From the NCBI RefSeq assembly GCF_004765795.1, contig NZ_SBIV01000005.1, positions 248,001 to 310,881 on the forward strand: a stretch of DNA of 62,881 bases. The letters are read 5' to 3'. The DNA comes from Halorussus marinus. Its GTDB lineage: Archaea > Halobacteriota > Halobacteria > Halobacteriales > Haladaptataceae. A program made the position numbers and the translations under genes. Every line of letters starts with the position of its first letter. Position 1 is the first letter of the stretch. The notes under the pieces are model-generated. The model saw only the letters and a program-made list of their open reading frames with translations. It was not told the origin of the DNA and did no database searches. Shown piece after piece: positions 48,354-57,837 of this stretch.

Positions 48354-49850
48354 ATGACCGACGAGCTACGCGACGAAAACCGGAAGATAGAGGAGCTACA
48401 CGAGGTCGCCTCCCGGATGCAGGCCTGCGACTCCAAGCCCGAGGCGTACCGCCTCGGCGTCGAGGCCGCCGAGGAGATCCTGGAGTTCGACATCTGCGGG
48501 ATCGACGAGGTCGAAGACGGCTCGCTCGTCCCGCAGGCGACGTCGACCGAGATGCCGGCCGACGGGTACGACACGATCGATACCGATACCGGGCTGGCCG
48601 GCCGGACGTACCGGCGCGGCGAGTCGTTTTCCATCCCCGACGTGCGAGCCATGGACGCGGCCGAGCCGATCCAAGACGAGTACCGCTCGATCCTGAGCGT
48701 CCCGGTCGGCGACCGCGGGGTCTTTCAGGCCGGGTCCCGGGAGACCGACGCGTTCGACGAGGACGACGTAAGGCTCGCGGAACTGCTGATGTCCCACGTC
48801 GGCGAAGGGGTCGACCGGATCGAGTCTCAGGCGGCGTTACGCGAGAGCGAACAGAAGTACCGGACGCTAGTCGAGGGGAGCCACGACGCGATCTTCATCC
48901 ACGGCGACGGGTCGTTCGAGTTCGTCAACGACCGGGTGGCCGAGCTCACCGGCTACGACCGCGAGGAACTGCTCGGGCTGTCGGTCTGGGAGCTCGTCCA
49001 CGAGGACGACCGCGAGCGGGCCCGCGAGTTCTTCGAGGGCACCGAGAGCGAGGACGGGGCGCCCCACGAGGAGATTCGGATCCGAACCGACCGCGGCGAG
49101 GTCCGACACCTCGACGTGAGCGTTCAGACGATCAGCTACGGCGACGACACGGCGTACCTCGGATCGGCTCGGGACGTGACCGACCGCCGCGAGCGCGAGC
49201 GAACCGTCAAGCGCCAAAACGAACAGCTCCGGGAGTTCACCAGCGTCGTCAGCCACGACCTCCGGAACCCGCTCAACGTCGCGCAGGGCTACCTCGACCT
49301 CGCGCGCGAGACCGGCGACCCCGAGCACTTCGAGAAGGCCGAGCGGGCGCTCGACCGGATGGAGTCGCTCACCGGGGAGCTGTTGGAACTCGCCCGACAG
49401 GGCCACGACGTCGACGAGACCGAGCGCCTCGACCTCGAATCGGTGGTTCGGCGCGCGTGGGCGGTAGTCTCGACCGGCGAGGCCGACCTCGTCGTGGCGG
49501 ACGGACTCGGCCGGCTCGACGCCGACGAGAACCGCCTCCGCGAGCTGTTCGAGAACCTGTTTCGCAACTCGATCGACCACGCCGGCCGCGACGTCACCGT
49601 CGAGGTCGGACCGCTCTGCGGGCCCGCGGCCGCCGACCGGCCGGCCGAGGGCTTCTACGTCGTCGACGACGGGCCGGGGATCACCGAGTCCGAGCGCGAA
49701 CTGGTGTTCGAGCGGGGCTACACCACCGCCGAGGACGGCTCGGGGTTCGGGCTCGCCATCGTCGACGACATCGTCAACGCCCACGGCTGGGACGTCGCGG
49801 TCCGCGACGGCGACGCCGGCGGCGTCCGGTTCGAGATAACGACGGGGTAG
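48354..49850 (+). CDS. GAF-PAS sensor histidine kinase
   Basis: GAF (SILSVPV..GVFQA..FDEDD), PAS (FVND, VHEDDR, RDVT), H-box SHDLRNPL, N-box ENLFRN, G1 DDGPG, G2 GSGFGL; alternative start 48267. Confidence 0.9.
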   Translation: MTDELRDENRKIEELHEVASRMQACDSKPEAYRLGVEAAEEILEFDICGIDEVEDGSLVPQATSTEMPADGYDTIDTDTGLAGRTYRRGESFSIPDVRAMDAAEPIQDEYRSILSVPVGDRGVFQAGSRETDAFDEDDVRLAELLMSHVGEGVDRIESQAALRESEQKYRTLVEGSHDAIFIHGDGSFEFVNDRVAELTGYDREELLGLSVWELVHEDDRERAREFFEGTESEDGAPHEEIRIRTDRGEVRHLDVSVQTISYGDDTAYLGSARDVTDRRERERTVKRQNEQLREFTSVVSHDLRNPLNVAQGYLDLARETGDPEHFEKAERALDRMESLTGELLELARQGHDVDETERLDLESVVRRAWAVVSTGEADLVVADGLGRLDADENRLRELFENLFRNSIDHAGRDVTVEVGPLCGPAAADRPAEGFYVVDDGPGITESERELVFERGYTTAEDGSGFGLAIVDDIVNAHGWDVAVRDGDAGGVRFEITTG

Positions 49851-50876
49851 CTACCGGAAGCCCTCGACGTCCGAGATCGAGAGCGGGCTGGTCGGCAGGT
49901 CGGCGGGCGGCTCGGGGTCGTTGTAGCCGCCGGGGGCGACGTCGTTCGGCGCGTCGGGGTAGAACACCGACGCGATCAGTTGGATCTGTCGCCGACCCGC
50001 GTCGAGTTCGAACTGACCCCCGCCGTACATCCGAACGTCGCGCTCCTCGCAGTGCTCGACGACCGCGAGCAGCGACTCGATCGACCCGAACCGCGAGGGC
50101 TTGACGTTGAGCCACGCGGGCTCGAACGGGAGGTCCCGGACGCTCGCGAGGTCGGTGATCGGGTAATCCCACGAGACGCGATCGCGGGCGGCGTCGAGCG
50201 CGGCGCTGGTCTCGTCGGTCCACGCCGGATCTTCGAGGACGGCGTCCGGGAACGCCTCGGCCACCCGTCGGTATCGGTCGGGGTCGACGCTCCCCGCGAC
50301 CTCGCTGTCCTCGTAGTGGGCCTTGAAGTCGACGGTCCGCACGCCCGCGTCGGCCAGCGCCGCCAGCAGTTCGTCGGTCCAGTCGTCGCCGACGTCGAGT
50401 TTGAACGCCGCGTCGGGGTCGCGCTCGCGGAACCGATCGAGCGCGTCGGCGCTCGGCGGGTCGCCAAGCGAGGGGCTGATCACGAACCGAACCGGGTCGT
50501 AGCTCCGGTCGAGCGCGGCCCCGAGGTGGGTGTCGGCCTGCCGGAGCGCCAGATCGAGCGCGGCGCTCTCGAACGCCCACCGGCGGTAGTTTCGAAACAC
50601 CGCGTGGTCGGGGTCGCTATCCGGAAACAGATCGCGGTCGGCCAGCGTCTCCGAGAAGGAGTCGACGGTGTACTCGCCCACGAGGTCGAATCGGTCGGAG
50701 ATCGGGTGCTCGTCGGCGTCGTACGTCACGTCTTCGCCCCGGCCGACCTCGCCGTCGCCCGACAGCGAGACCGCGGTGGTCGCCCGGGTGAACGCCGGCG
50801 TCTCGCGCTCGCGACGCTCGTAGTCGACGGCGTCGACGGTCACCGGCAGGTCCGCGAGTCGATCGTAGTAACTCAT
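49851..50876 (-). CDS. Enolase-superfamily-like hypothetical protein
   Basis: AFESAALDL capping-domain helix, FKLD, EDP, WD, NVKPSRFG barrel motifs. Confidence 0.65.
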   Translation of the reverse strand: MSYYDRLADLPVTVDAVDYERRERETPAFTRATTAVSLSGDGEVGRGEDVTYDADEHPISDRFDLVGEYTVDSFSETLADRDLFPDSDPDHAVFRNYRRWAFESAALDLALRQADTHLGAALDRSYDPVRFVISPSLGDPPSADALDRFRERDPDAAFKLDVGDDWTDELLAALADAGVRTVDFKAHYEDSEVAGSVDPDRYRRVAEAFPDAVLEDPAWTDETSAALDAARDRVSWDYPITDLASVRDLPFEPAWLNVKPSRFGSIESLLAVVEHCEERDVRMYGGGQFELDAGRRQIQLIASVFYPDAPNDVAPGGYNDPEPPADLPTSPLSISDVEGFR

Positions 50877-50918
50877 GGCCGATCGTTCGCGGGCGGGGGA
50901 CGAAAAGGTACCGCGCGC

Positions 50919-51365
50919 TCACTCGGTGACGACCGTCACCGGCCCGTCGAAGTTGAGGATGACCGACTGGGTGAGGTCGCCAAACAGCGCCTTCCCGGTT
51001 GGCGAGCGCTTCTCGCCCGCGATGAACAGGTGATCGCAGTCGTGTCGGTCGGCCGTCTTGAGGATCTGCTCTTGCTCGTCGCCGAGCGCGCCGACCGCTT
51101 CGTAGGAGACGTCGATCCCGTCGAGGGCCTCCCGACCCACGTCGGCCGCGAACTGCTCGGCGCCGCCCTCGACCTGCTGGGCGGAGTACTGGACCCCGCT
51201 CTCGGGGATCTGTTCCATCGCCTGGCGCTTGCTCTCGTACTCCTCGTCGGTGGTGACGTGCAACAGTACGAGCTCCCCGCCGACTGCGGCGACGAGTTCG
51301 CCCGCCTCTCGAACGAGTGCTTTGGTGGACTCTTTGGCGTCGACGACCGCGAGTGCTCGGTCCAT
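50919..51365 (-). CDS. Universal stress protein
   Basis: ATG at 51365; ALAVVD, GEKRSPTGKALFGDLTQSVILNFDGPVTV. Confidence 0.9.
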   Translation of the reverse strand: MDRALAVVDAKESTKALVREAGELVAAVGGELVLLHVTTDEEYESKRQAMEQIPESGVQYSAQQVEGGAEQFAADVGREALDGIDVSYEAVGALGDEQEQILKTADRHDCDHLFIAGEKRSPTGKALFGDLTQSVILNFDGPVTVVTE

Positions 51366-51483
51366 GTGCCGGCCAAGACCCGTCTCGGACTTAAATAAAC
51401 CGGTTATTGTATCAATATTCGTTTCGTTTCTCGGCGGTCGGCGACCACCGGGAAAAAAGGATGCGATCGCGTACCGACGCGCG

Positions 51484-53271
51484 CTATTCGAGCCGAGCGC
51501 CGTTGTACATCTGTCGGCTCGGGCCGGCCGCACCGTACGCCGGGATGTCGAGACCCTGGTACCAGAACCGCTCGTCGAGTTCGTGGTACGTGTTGAGGAA
51601 CACTACGTCCTCCCAGTTCGCCTCCTCGATCTCGACGTACGCCTCGTTGCGGGCCTGCTCGGCCTCGTCGGTCGGCGCGGCGTTCTGTTCGACGGTCTGC
51701 CACGCTTCCTCGGCCCGGTTGGCCGCGTCGGTCTCGGACCAGTTCACGTACGAGATCGGCGCGGGCTGGGACGTGTCGGTCTGGGGCGGATTGAGCAACT
51801 GGAGGAAGTTGTCCGGTGCGGGCCAGTCCATCACCCACCCGAGGGTGTAGGCTTCGAGGTTGCCGTTCCGGCCGCGCTGGAGCAGCGTCGAGAACGGCGC
51901 GCGCTCTATGTTCATGTCGATGTGCGCGCTCGCGAGCTGGTCGCGCAGGAGTCGTCCGACGCTCGCCCAAGTGTCAGATGACTGGTAGGCAGTGAACGTG
52001 AACTCGTAGCGGTTGTTCGGCCCGTAGCCGGCTTCTTCCATCACCTGTCGGGCCTGATCCAGGCGAGTCTCGTTGTAACCGTACGGGTAGTTCTCCTCGG
52101 CGTGTTGCTGGTAGGCGTCGGGGCCGCCGGGGTAGATGGCGGGCGGCGTGAAGTGGTAGGCGGCCTCGCCGCGCTCCTTGAAGATCTGCTCGACGACCTG
52201 CTGTTGGTTCATCGCGTACGCGGCGGCCTGCCGGACGGCCTTCTCGACCTGATCGGTGTTGAATCCGACGTAGAAGGCGTTGATCGTCGGGACCCCGACG
52301 TAGTTGAGCGTCTCGCCGTTCCGGACCGGACCGTACGTCCCGGTCTGGACCCCGCTGTCGTCGGTGTTCTCGACGCTGAGGTTGGCCGGGTCGTAGAACT
52401 GCGTCGGGATGCTGAAGTAGTCGGCGTTCTGGTTCATCGCGTACGTCCAGTGGGCGTTTGGGTCCGAGATGATGGCCCAGTGGACCCGCTCGACGTTCGC
52501 GGTCTCACCGTAGTAGTCGTCGTACCGGGTGACGGCGGCCTCGTCGTTGGTCGTCCAGAGTTCGAACTCGAACGGGCCGGCGCCGACGGGGTCGTTCGTC
52601 CCGAACTCCTGTTGAGTGATCTCGCCGTCGTAGCCCTCGATGTCGCCGACCAGCCCCTCGGGGACCGCGGCGAACGACGTGTACGCGAGCATCGGGAGCG
52701 TCGCGTGGAACGGCTCCGAGAGCGTCATCTCGATGGTGTAGTCGTCGACGGCCTCGACCGCCATGCTCCCGGGGACGTAGTTGCCCTCGTCGTCGGTCTC
52801 GTGTTCGATGCCGATCGAATCGAGGATGAAGTACGCGCGCCGGGAGCTCTCGGAGGCCGCGAGCCGCTCCCACGCGTACACGAAGTCCTGTGCGGTGACC
52901 TCCTCGCCGTTGTGGAAGGTCGCGCCCTCCCGAACGGTAAACGTGTACGTCGTGAAGTCCTCGGACTGCTGATAGTCGGCCGCGAGTAGCGGTTCGACTT
53001 CGAGCGCGGCGTCCGGATAGTTCATCAGCGGGTCGAAGACCTGCTGGATCACCGTCCCCGAGGCGGTGTCGGTCGCGGCGACCGGGTCCATCGTCGTCAT
53101 CGATCGGTTGATGAGATCGAGCTGGCCGCCGTCCCCACCCCCGTCTTGCCCGTCGCCCCCTTCGGTCGTGGTCTCTTGGCCCGCGGCGGTGCCCGTGAGC
53201 GCTGTCGCCGTCGCGACCCCGCCCGTCGCTTCGAGGAAGCGACGGCGGGACATGTTGGATTTCTCTGACAT
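51484..53271 (-). CDS. Peptide ABC transporter substrate-binding protein (DppA/OppA family 5), Tat signal
   Basis: SRRRFLEA, TMDP, FTVREGATFHNG, PVGAGPF, ARQVMEEAGY, GWVMDWP. Confidence 0.9.
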   Translation of the reverse strand: MSEKSNMSRRRFLEATGGVATATALTGTAAGQETTTEGGDGQDGGGDGGQLDLINRSMTTMDPVAATDTASGTVIQQVFDPLMNYPDAALEVEPLLAADYQQSEDFTTYTFTVREGATFHNGEEVTAQDFVYAWERLAASESSRRAYFILDSIGIEHETDDEGNYVPGSMAVEAVDDYTIEMTLSEPFHATLPMLAYTSFAAVPEGLVGDIEGYDGEITQQEFGTNDPVGAGPFEFELWTTNDEAAVTRYDDYYGETANVERVHWAIISDPNAHWTYAMNQNADYFSIPTQFYDPANLSVENTDDSGVQTGTYGPVRNGETLNYVGVPTINAFYVGFNTDQVEKAVRQAAAYAMNQQQVVEQIFKERGEAAYHFTPPAIYPGGPDAYQQHAEENYPYGYNETRLDQARQVMEEAGYGPNNRYEFTFTAYQSSDTWASVGRLLRDQLASAHIDMNIERAPFSTLLQRGRNGNLEAYTLGWVMDWPAPDNFLQLLNPPQTDTSQPAPISYVNWSETDAANRAEEAWQTVEQNAAPTDEAEQARNEAYVEIEEANWEDVVFLNTYHELDERFWYQGLDIPAYGAAGPSRQMYNGARLE

Positions 53272-53593
53272 CCCAACGAAGAGACGACGAACGCACATTT
53301 GTATCTAATTATTTATCGTGTAGGACATGGTGATTGGTAAAACTAGACAGCACTCGTGCGTGTTTGGCGTACACCGCTCGAATACAAGTGGGTTCTGGCG
53401 GCCTGCGGGCGATGTCGTCGACGTTCGAACGCCGGGCGTCGGGCGCCGAATAATTGTGGGGTTCGTTATCGTCTCACAGTGATAGTAGGTCGCTGTTACC
53501 GTCGCGTAGTCGGCCCGAGAATCGGGACAGTCGCGGGCTGAGCCGAGACATTCCGCGTATAACAAAGTGGAAATCCGACGTTCCGGCCGAGTA

Positions 53594-54043
53594 ATGAGAC
53601 GACTCGCGGCCGCCCTCCCCGACGAGCGCGCCACGTCCCCGGCGATCGGCGCGACGCTACTGGTCGGCGTCACGGTCCTGCTGGCGACCGCCGCCGGCAC
53701 CGGCATGTTCAGCCTCGCCGACAGCGCGACCCAGGGCGCGTTCGCCAGCGCCTCGGTCAGCCACGAACCCGCCGAAGACAGAGTGAGCGCGACCTGGATG
53801 GCGAACGCGAACGCCGATCGCCTCCGGGTGACGGTCCGGGTCGGCGACGACCGCCGGACGGTGAGTCTGCAGGCGGTCGGCGACAGCGTCGTCGTCGACC
53901 ACGGCGGCGTGACCGTGAACTCGGGGGCGGTCCGCGCGTGGGACGATCCGAACCTCGACGACGGCGACCGGGTGGCGGTCACCGTCGTCGCGGTCAAAGG
54001 CGGCGAGACGCTCGTCGTCGCCGAGCGGAGCGCCACGATATAA
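53594..54043 (+). CDS. Archaeal type IV pilin-like protein (class III signal peptide)
   Basis: DERA|TSPAIGATLLVGVTVLLA resembles the PibD-cleaved RA|VSPVIG motif. Confidence 0.75.
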   Translation: MRRLAAALPDERATSPAIGATLLVGVTVLLATAAGTGMFSLADSATQGAFASASVSHEPAEDRVSATWMANANADRLRVTVRVGDDRRTVSLQAVGDSVVVDHGGVTVNSGAVRAWDDPNLDDGDRVAVTVVAVKGGETLVVAERSATI

Positions 54044-54064
54044 AGAGCGCGCGGGACGGGCCGC

Positions 54065-54355
54065 TCAGTCGACGTACATCGAGTAGGTGATGACCGCGAA
54101 CCCGACCGCGGTCAGCCCGCTCTCGATGACCAAGACGAAACTCCGGTCGAGTCCGACCGCCTGATCCGCGAGGCCGGCGAGGAACGCCCCGAGGGTCACG
54201 ACGGCGAACCCGATCGAGAGAGCCCGGAGCGCGGGCGACGCCGTCCGGCGGTAGGCTTTGAACGCGAAGTAGCTGATGAGGCCGCCCAGCATGAGCGTGA
54301 CGGTCTTGAGGACGACGACGAGCGTGGCGACGAGTGGAGTAGCCTCGTGAGTCAT
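54065..54355 (-). CDS. Small 3-TM membrane protein (DUF7521-like) coupled to HTH regulator
   Basis: ATG at 54355 overlapping the regulator stop (ATGA); LGGLISYFAFKAYRRTASPALRALSIGF. Confidence 0.8.
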   Translation of the reverse strand: MTHEATPLVATLVVVLKTVTLMLGGLISYFAFKAYRRTASPALRALSIGFAVVTLGAFLAGLADQAVGLDRSFVLVIESGLTAVGFAVITYSMYVD

Positions 54356-54729
54356 GTCTGTTTGCGCACCTCCGACCACATGTCCGCGAGTCGCTCTTCG
54401 GCCGACCGAGAGGGTCTGGAGACCGTGACGTCGAACTCCCGGGCGTCGGTGACCGCCAGCGTCACGTCCTCGAAATCGAGGTCGTACCGGGTGGTATGGT
54501 GACCGTCGCTCCGGACCTCGGTGAGCTCTCTGAGAAGCGAGGCGTCGCTCAGCAGGTCCAGCTTCCGGTACACCGTCGAGAGCGGGATGTCGGTCGCCTC
54601 CGCGAGTTCGCTGGCTGTCATGGGTTCGTCTAGCTGTTTGACGATGGCCCGGCAGTCCGGGTCGTCGAGTGCGTCGAGGACCGCCTGGAGATCCGGGTCC
54701 TCCTCGGCTCCCACCGGGTCTCGTACCAT
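54352..54729 (-). CDS. ArsR-like winged helix-turn-helix transcriptional regulator
   Basis: LDALDDPDCRAI..PMTASELAEATDIPLSTVYRKLDLL..GHHTTRY. Confidence 0.85.
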   Translation of the reverse strand: MVRDPVGAEEDPDLQAVLDALDDPDCRAIVKQLDEPMTASELAEATDIPLSTVYRKLDLLSDASLLRELTEVRSDGHHTTRYDLDFEDVTLAVTDAREFDVTVSRPSRSAEERLADMWSEVRKQT

Positions 54730-54801
54730 CCAAGTTGACCTTGCCCCACCCGACACATAATACGTTCGACCTGGGCCGACCCCGGAGCGAGGCGCTAACG
54801 A

Positions 54802-54842
54802 CCGAACCGGTTCGGGTCCGGAGCGCGGGCGAACCCGTTCGG
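54802..54842. promoter_or_regulatory. Tandem palindromes CGAAC-NN-GTTCG in the divergent regulator/multicopper oxidase promoter
   Basis: CCGAACCGGTTCGG (54802-54815, perfect) and CGAACCCGTTCG (54830-54841), 27 bp apart. Confidence 0.5.
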
Positions 54843-54911
54843 ATCCGTTTTCATTTCGTGGGAATCGCTTCGCCAACGTTTAAGTGGTGGTGTCCAAGGT
54901 TCAATTGCATC

Positions 54912-56057
54912 ATGACCACTTTCGGCGCCCCCGGAAACGGACCGTCTCGACGCGACTTTCTGAAGGCGACCGGTGCTGGCGGCCTCGCGGCGACCGCAGG
55001 CTGTGCAGCCCCGAGTCAGAACGAACAGACCGCACAGACGACCCGACAGGAAGCGATGCAGAGCGACGACTCGCTTCCGACCACGAGCCCGCCCCAGATC
55101 GTCAACGTCGACGAACAGGGCGGACAGGTGACGATGAAGACCCTCCCCGCGCGCCACGACGTCCACCCCGGCGAGTCGATGGGCGGTCCCGTCGAACTGC
55201 CGCGAGTGTGGGCGTTCCAGGCCGACGATCTGGACCCGAGCGTCCCCGGTCCCATCCTCCGAACCACGAAGGGCGAGGACATGGAGGTAACGCTCGACAA
55301 CACCGAGGGCAAGCGGGCCCACACCATCCACTTCCACGGCGTCACGAAGACGTGGAAGAACGATGGCGTCCCGACCACGACCGGGATCACCGTCAAGCCC
55401 GGCGAGAAACACACCTACGACATCCCCGCCAACGTGGCCGGCACGCACCTCTATCACTGCCACTTCCAGACCCAGCGTCACATCGACATGGGGATGTACG
55501 GCATCCTCCGAGTCGACCCCGAAGGCTACGAGGAGGCCGACAAAGAGCACTTCCTGACGTTCAAAGACTGGGACTCGCGACTCCCCCGCCAGATGGCCGG
55601 CGAGGACGTCAACTACAACCCGCGGAACCGCCGCCCCGACGTGTTCACGGTCAACGGCAAGAGCGCGCCCCGCACGCTCCACCCCGAGAAGGGCTCGCCG
55701 ATCATCGTCCAGGAGGGCGACGACGTCCGGCTCCACCTCGTGAACGCCGGCTACATGTCCCACCCGATGCACATCCACAACCACCGGTTCCAGCTGACCG
55801 CGAAGGACGGGGGGACGATCCCCGAGGCGGCCCGCTACCCCGAGGACGTGACCAACATCGCGCCCGCCGAGCGCCACACCATCGAGTTCACGGCCGACGC
55901 CGACCCCGGCGCCTACCTGATGCACTGCCACAAGGTCAATCACGTCATGAACGGCCGGTCGTACCCCGGCGGGATGCTCACCGGCATCGTCTACGAGTCG
56001 GTGATGGACACCGACATCTTCGCACAGCTGATGGACTACGCCGGCTACGAGGGCTAA
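54912..56057 (+). CDS. Tat-exported lipoprotein, two-domain multicopper oxidase
   Basis: SRRDFLK, TAGC lipobox; HTIHFH, HCHFQTQRHIDMGM, HPMHIH, HCHKVNH..GGM. Confidence 0.9.
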   Translation: MTTFGAPGNGPSRRDFLKATGAGGLAATAGCAAPSQNEQTAQTTRQEAMQSDDSLPTTSPPQIVNVDEQGGQVTMKTLPARHDVHPGESMGGPVELPRVWAFQADDLDPSVPGPILRTTKGEDMEVTLDNTEGKRAHTIHFHGVTKTWKNDGVPTTTGITVKPGEKHTYDIPANVAGTHLYHCHFQTQRHIDMGMYGILRVDPEGYEEADKEHFLTFKDWDSRLPRQMAGEDVNYNPRNRRPDVFTVNGKSAPRTLHPEKGSPIIVQEGDDVRLHLVNAGYMSHPMHIHNHRFQLTAKDGGTIPEAARYPEDVTNIAPAERHTIEFTADADPGAYLMHCHKVNHVMNGRSYPGGMLTGIVYESVMDTDIFAQLMDYAGYEG

Positions 56058-56063
56058 TCGACG

Positions 56064-56678
56064 ATGTCAGACACCACGAGACGCGACTTCCTGAAAGGCG
56101 CGGCGACGGCGACCGCGGCGACCGTCGGCGCCGGCGCGGCCGCGGGCGGAGCGACCGCCCAGTCGGACGCCGACCTCTCGGCGTGGTTCGAGGACGTCGG
56201 CAACTACGACGGCGTCGTCGACGAGACCGGCTCCGACGAGGTGACGATTTCGGTCGGCGCGCAGGGCAACGGCGGCGGGTTCGCGTTCGGCCCCGCGGCG
56301 GTTCGGGTCGACCCCGGAACGACGGTCGTCTGGGAGTGGACCGGCGACGGCGGTAGCCACAACGTCGTCGCCGAGAACGGCGACTTCGAGAGCGAGCTGA
56401 CCGACGAGACGGGCCACACCTTCGAGCATACGCCCGAAGAGTCGGGGATCGTCACGTACGCCTGTTCGCCCCACAAGACCATGGGGATGAAGGGCGCGCT
56501 CGTGGTCGGTGACGTCGAGATCGGCGGCGCGTCGGAGTCGGGCGGACTCCTCGGCTCGGTGCTCGGCGACCCGTGGACGGCGGCCGCGGGCGGTAGCATC
56601 CTGCTCGGACTGCTGTCGCCCATCGCGTTCGCGGCGTTACTGTTCGGCCGCGATCCCGACCGCCCGACGCCGAAGTGA
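56064..56678 (+). CDS. Halocyanin-like blue copper protein with C-terminal TM anchor
   Basis: TRRDFLK Tat motif; FGPAAVRVDPGTTVVWEW, HNV, YACSPHKTMGM. Confidence 0.9.
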   Translation: MSDTTRRDFLKGAATATAATVGAGAAAGGATAQSDADLSAWFEDVGNYDGVVDETGSDEVTISVGAQGNGGGFAFGPAAVRVDPGTTVVWEWTGDGGSHNVVAENGDFESELTDETGHTFEHTPEESGIVTYACSPHKTMGMKGALVVGDVEIGGASESGGLLGSVLGDPWTAAAGGSILLGLLSPIAFAALLFGRDPDRPTPK

Positions 56679-56700
56679 TCGAGCGCCGCTCCGAACCGAC

Positions 56701-57777
56701 TCACGAACGCTGATACGCCGCTTCTCCTCGCGCCGCTACGTCTCGGAGTCGAGCCACTCGCTCCTCGGTCGGCGGATGGGTCCCCACGGCCAGCGGTAGT
56801 TCCGCCAGCGGGTCGCCCGCGCCGAGGCCGCCGCCGTCGTCGGCTTCCCGCCGGCGGTCGCCGAGGCCGTGGGGCAGAAAGCAGAGCTCGCGGATCCCCG
56901 CGGCCCGGAGATCGACCGACGGCCGACCGTCCGCCCCGGCGTCGAGTCGCTCCAGCGCCGACGCCATCGCCGCGGGCTCGCCCGAGATGAGCGCCCCCGC
57001 CCGGTCGGCGGCGAACTCCCGCTCGCGCGAGAGCCGACCGCTCAGGACGACCGCGGGGATCGCGAGCACCCCGAGCGCGACGCCGCCGAACAGCGCGGTG
57101 AACGCGACCAGTCCGCCGAACGCGAGCACCGAGGCGGGGCTGAACGGCGGCGCCGACGCGAGCGAACTGCTGACCGCGTAGCCGACGACCAGCGCGAGAC
57201 CGACCGCCAGCCGGCGCTCGACCGGCCCGCCGAGGGCCGAGAGCGTCGAGCGGTCCTCGCTGGCGAGCGCCGGCAGGAAGGTCGCAAGCGTCATCACGGT
57301 CGCGTCGCGGTTCCGGAGGTGGGCGATCTCGTGGGCCAACACCGCGTCGAGTTCGTCGCCGTCGAGCCGATCGAGCAGGCCGGTGGAGACGACCACCGTG
57401 GCCCGCCCGAGGCCGCCGACGGTGAGGCTGTTCGGCGCGTCGGTCTCGGCGATCGCGAGCTCGGGCACCCGGGCGTCGGCTGTCCGGGCCAGTCGAGCCA
57501 GTCGCGCGCGAAGCTCCGGGCGCTCGCCGTCGTCGAGCGGTCTGGCGTCCGCGGCGGCCAGCGTCTCGCGTCTGGCGTACCGGAGCTGACCCGCCGCGAG
57601 CGCGGCCGTCGCGGGAACGACCGCCGCGGCGGCGACGAGGCCGGCCCGATCGCCGACGACGGGCCCGAGCCACGGTCGGAGGAGGTACGCGAGGACCGCG
57701 ACAAGGGCGGCGTCGGCGGCGAGCAACCCCGCGAGCGTGAGAGCGACGCGCCGAGACCGAGCGGAGGTTCGTATCAT
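56701..57777 (-). CDS. M48 family (HtpX-like) membrane zinc metalloprotease
   Basis: PNS, VSTGLL, VLAHEIAHL, SREREFAADR, THPPTEER. Confidence 0.9.
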   Translation of the reverse strand: MIRTSARSRRVALTLAGLLAADAALVAVLAYLLRPWLGPVVGDRAGLVAAAAVVPATAALAAGQLRYARRETLAAADARPLDDGERPELRARLARLARTADARVPELAIAETDAPNSLTVGGLGRATVVVSTGLLDRLDGDELDAVLAHEIAHLRNRDATVMTLATFLPALASEDRSTLSALGGPVERRLAVGLALVVGYAVSSSLASAPPFSPASVLAFGGLVAFTALFGGVALGVLAIPAVVLSGRLSREREFAADRAGALISGEPAAMASALERLDAGADGRPSVDLRAAGIRELCFLPHGLGDRRREADDGGGLGAGDPLAELPLAVGTHPPTEERVARLRDVAARGEAAYQRS

Positions 57778-57837
57778 AGTCGCGGAGACGTGGCGGGCTA
57801 CGTGGAGAGCCAAGATATATTTGGTGAACGGTTTATC

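Noticed and set aside
53327..53541. Short ORFs in the gap between the peptide-binding protein and pilin genes
   Set aside because: Atypical codon usage and basic composition, overlapping AT-rich promoter-like sequence.
54912..56057. Calling the copper protein NirK
   Set aside because: It has the full HxH/HCH set for a trinuclear centre in both domains and lacks the NirK catalytic Asp motif.
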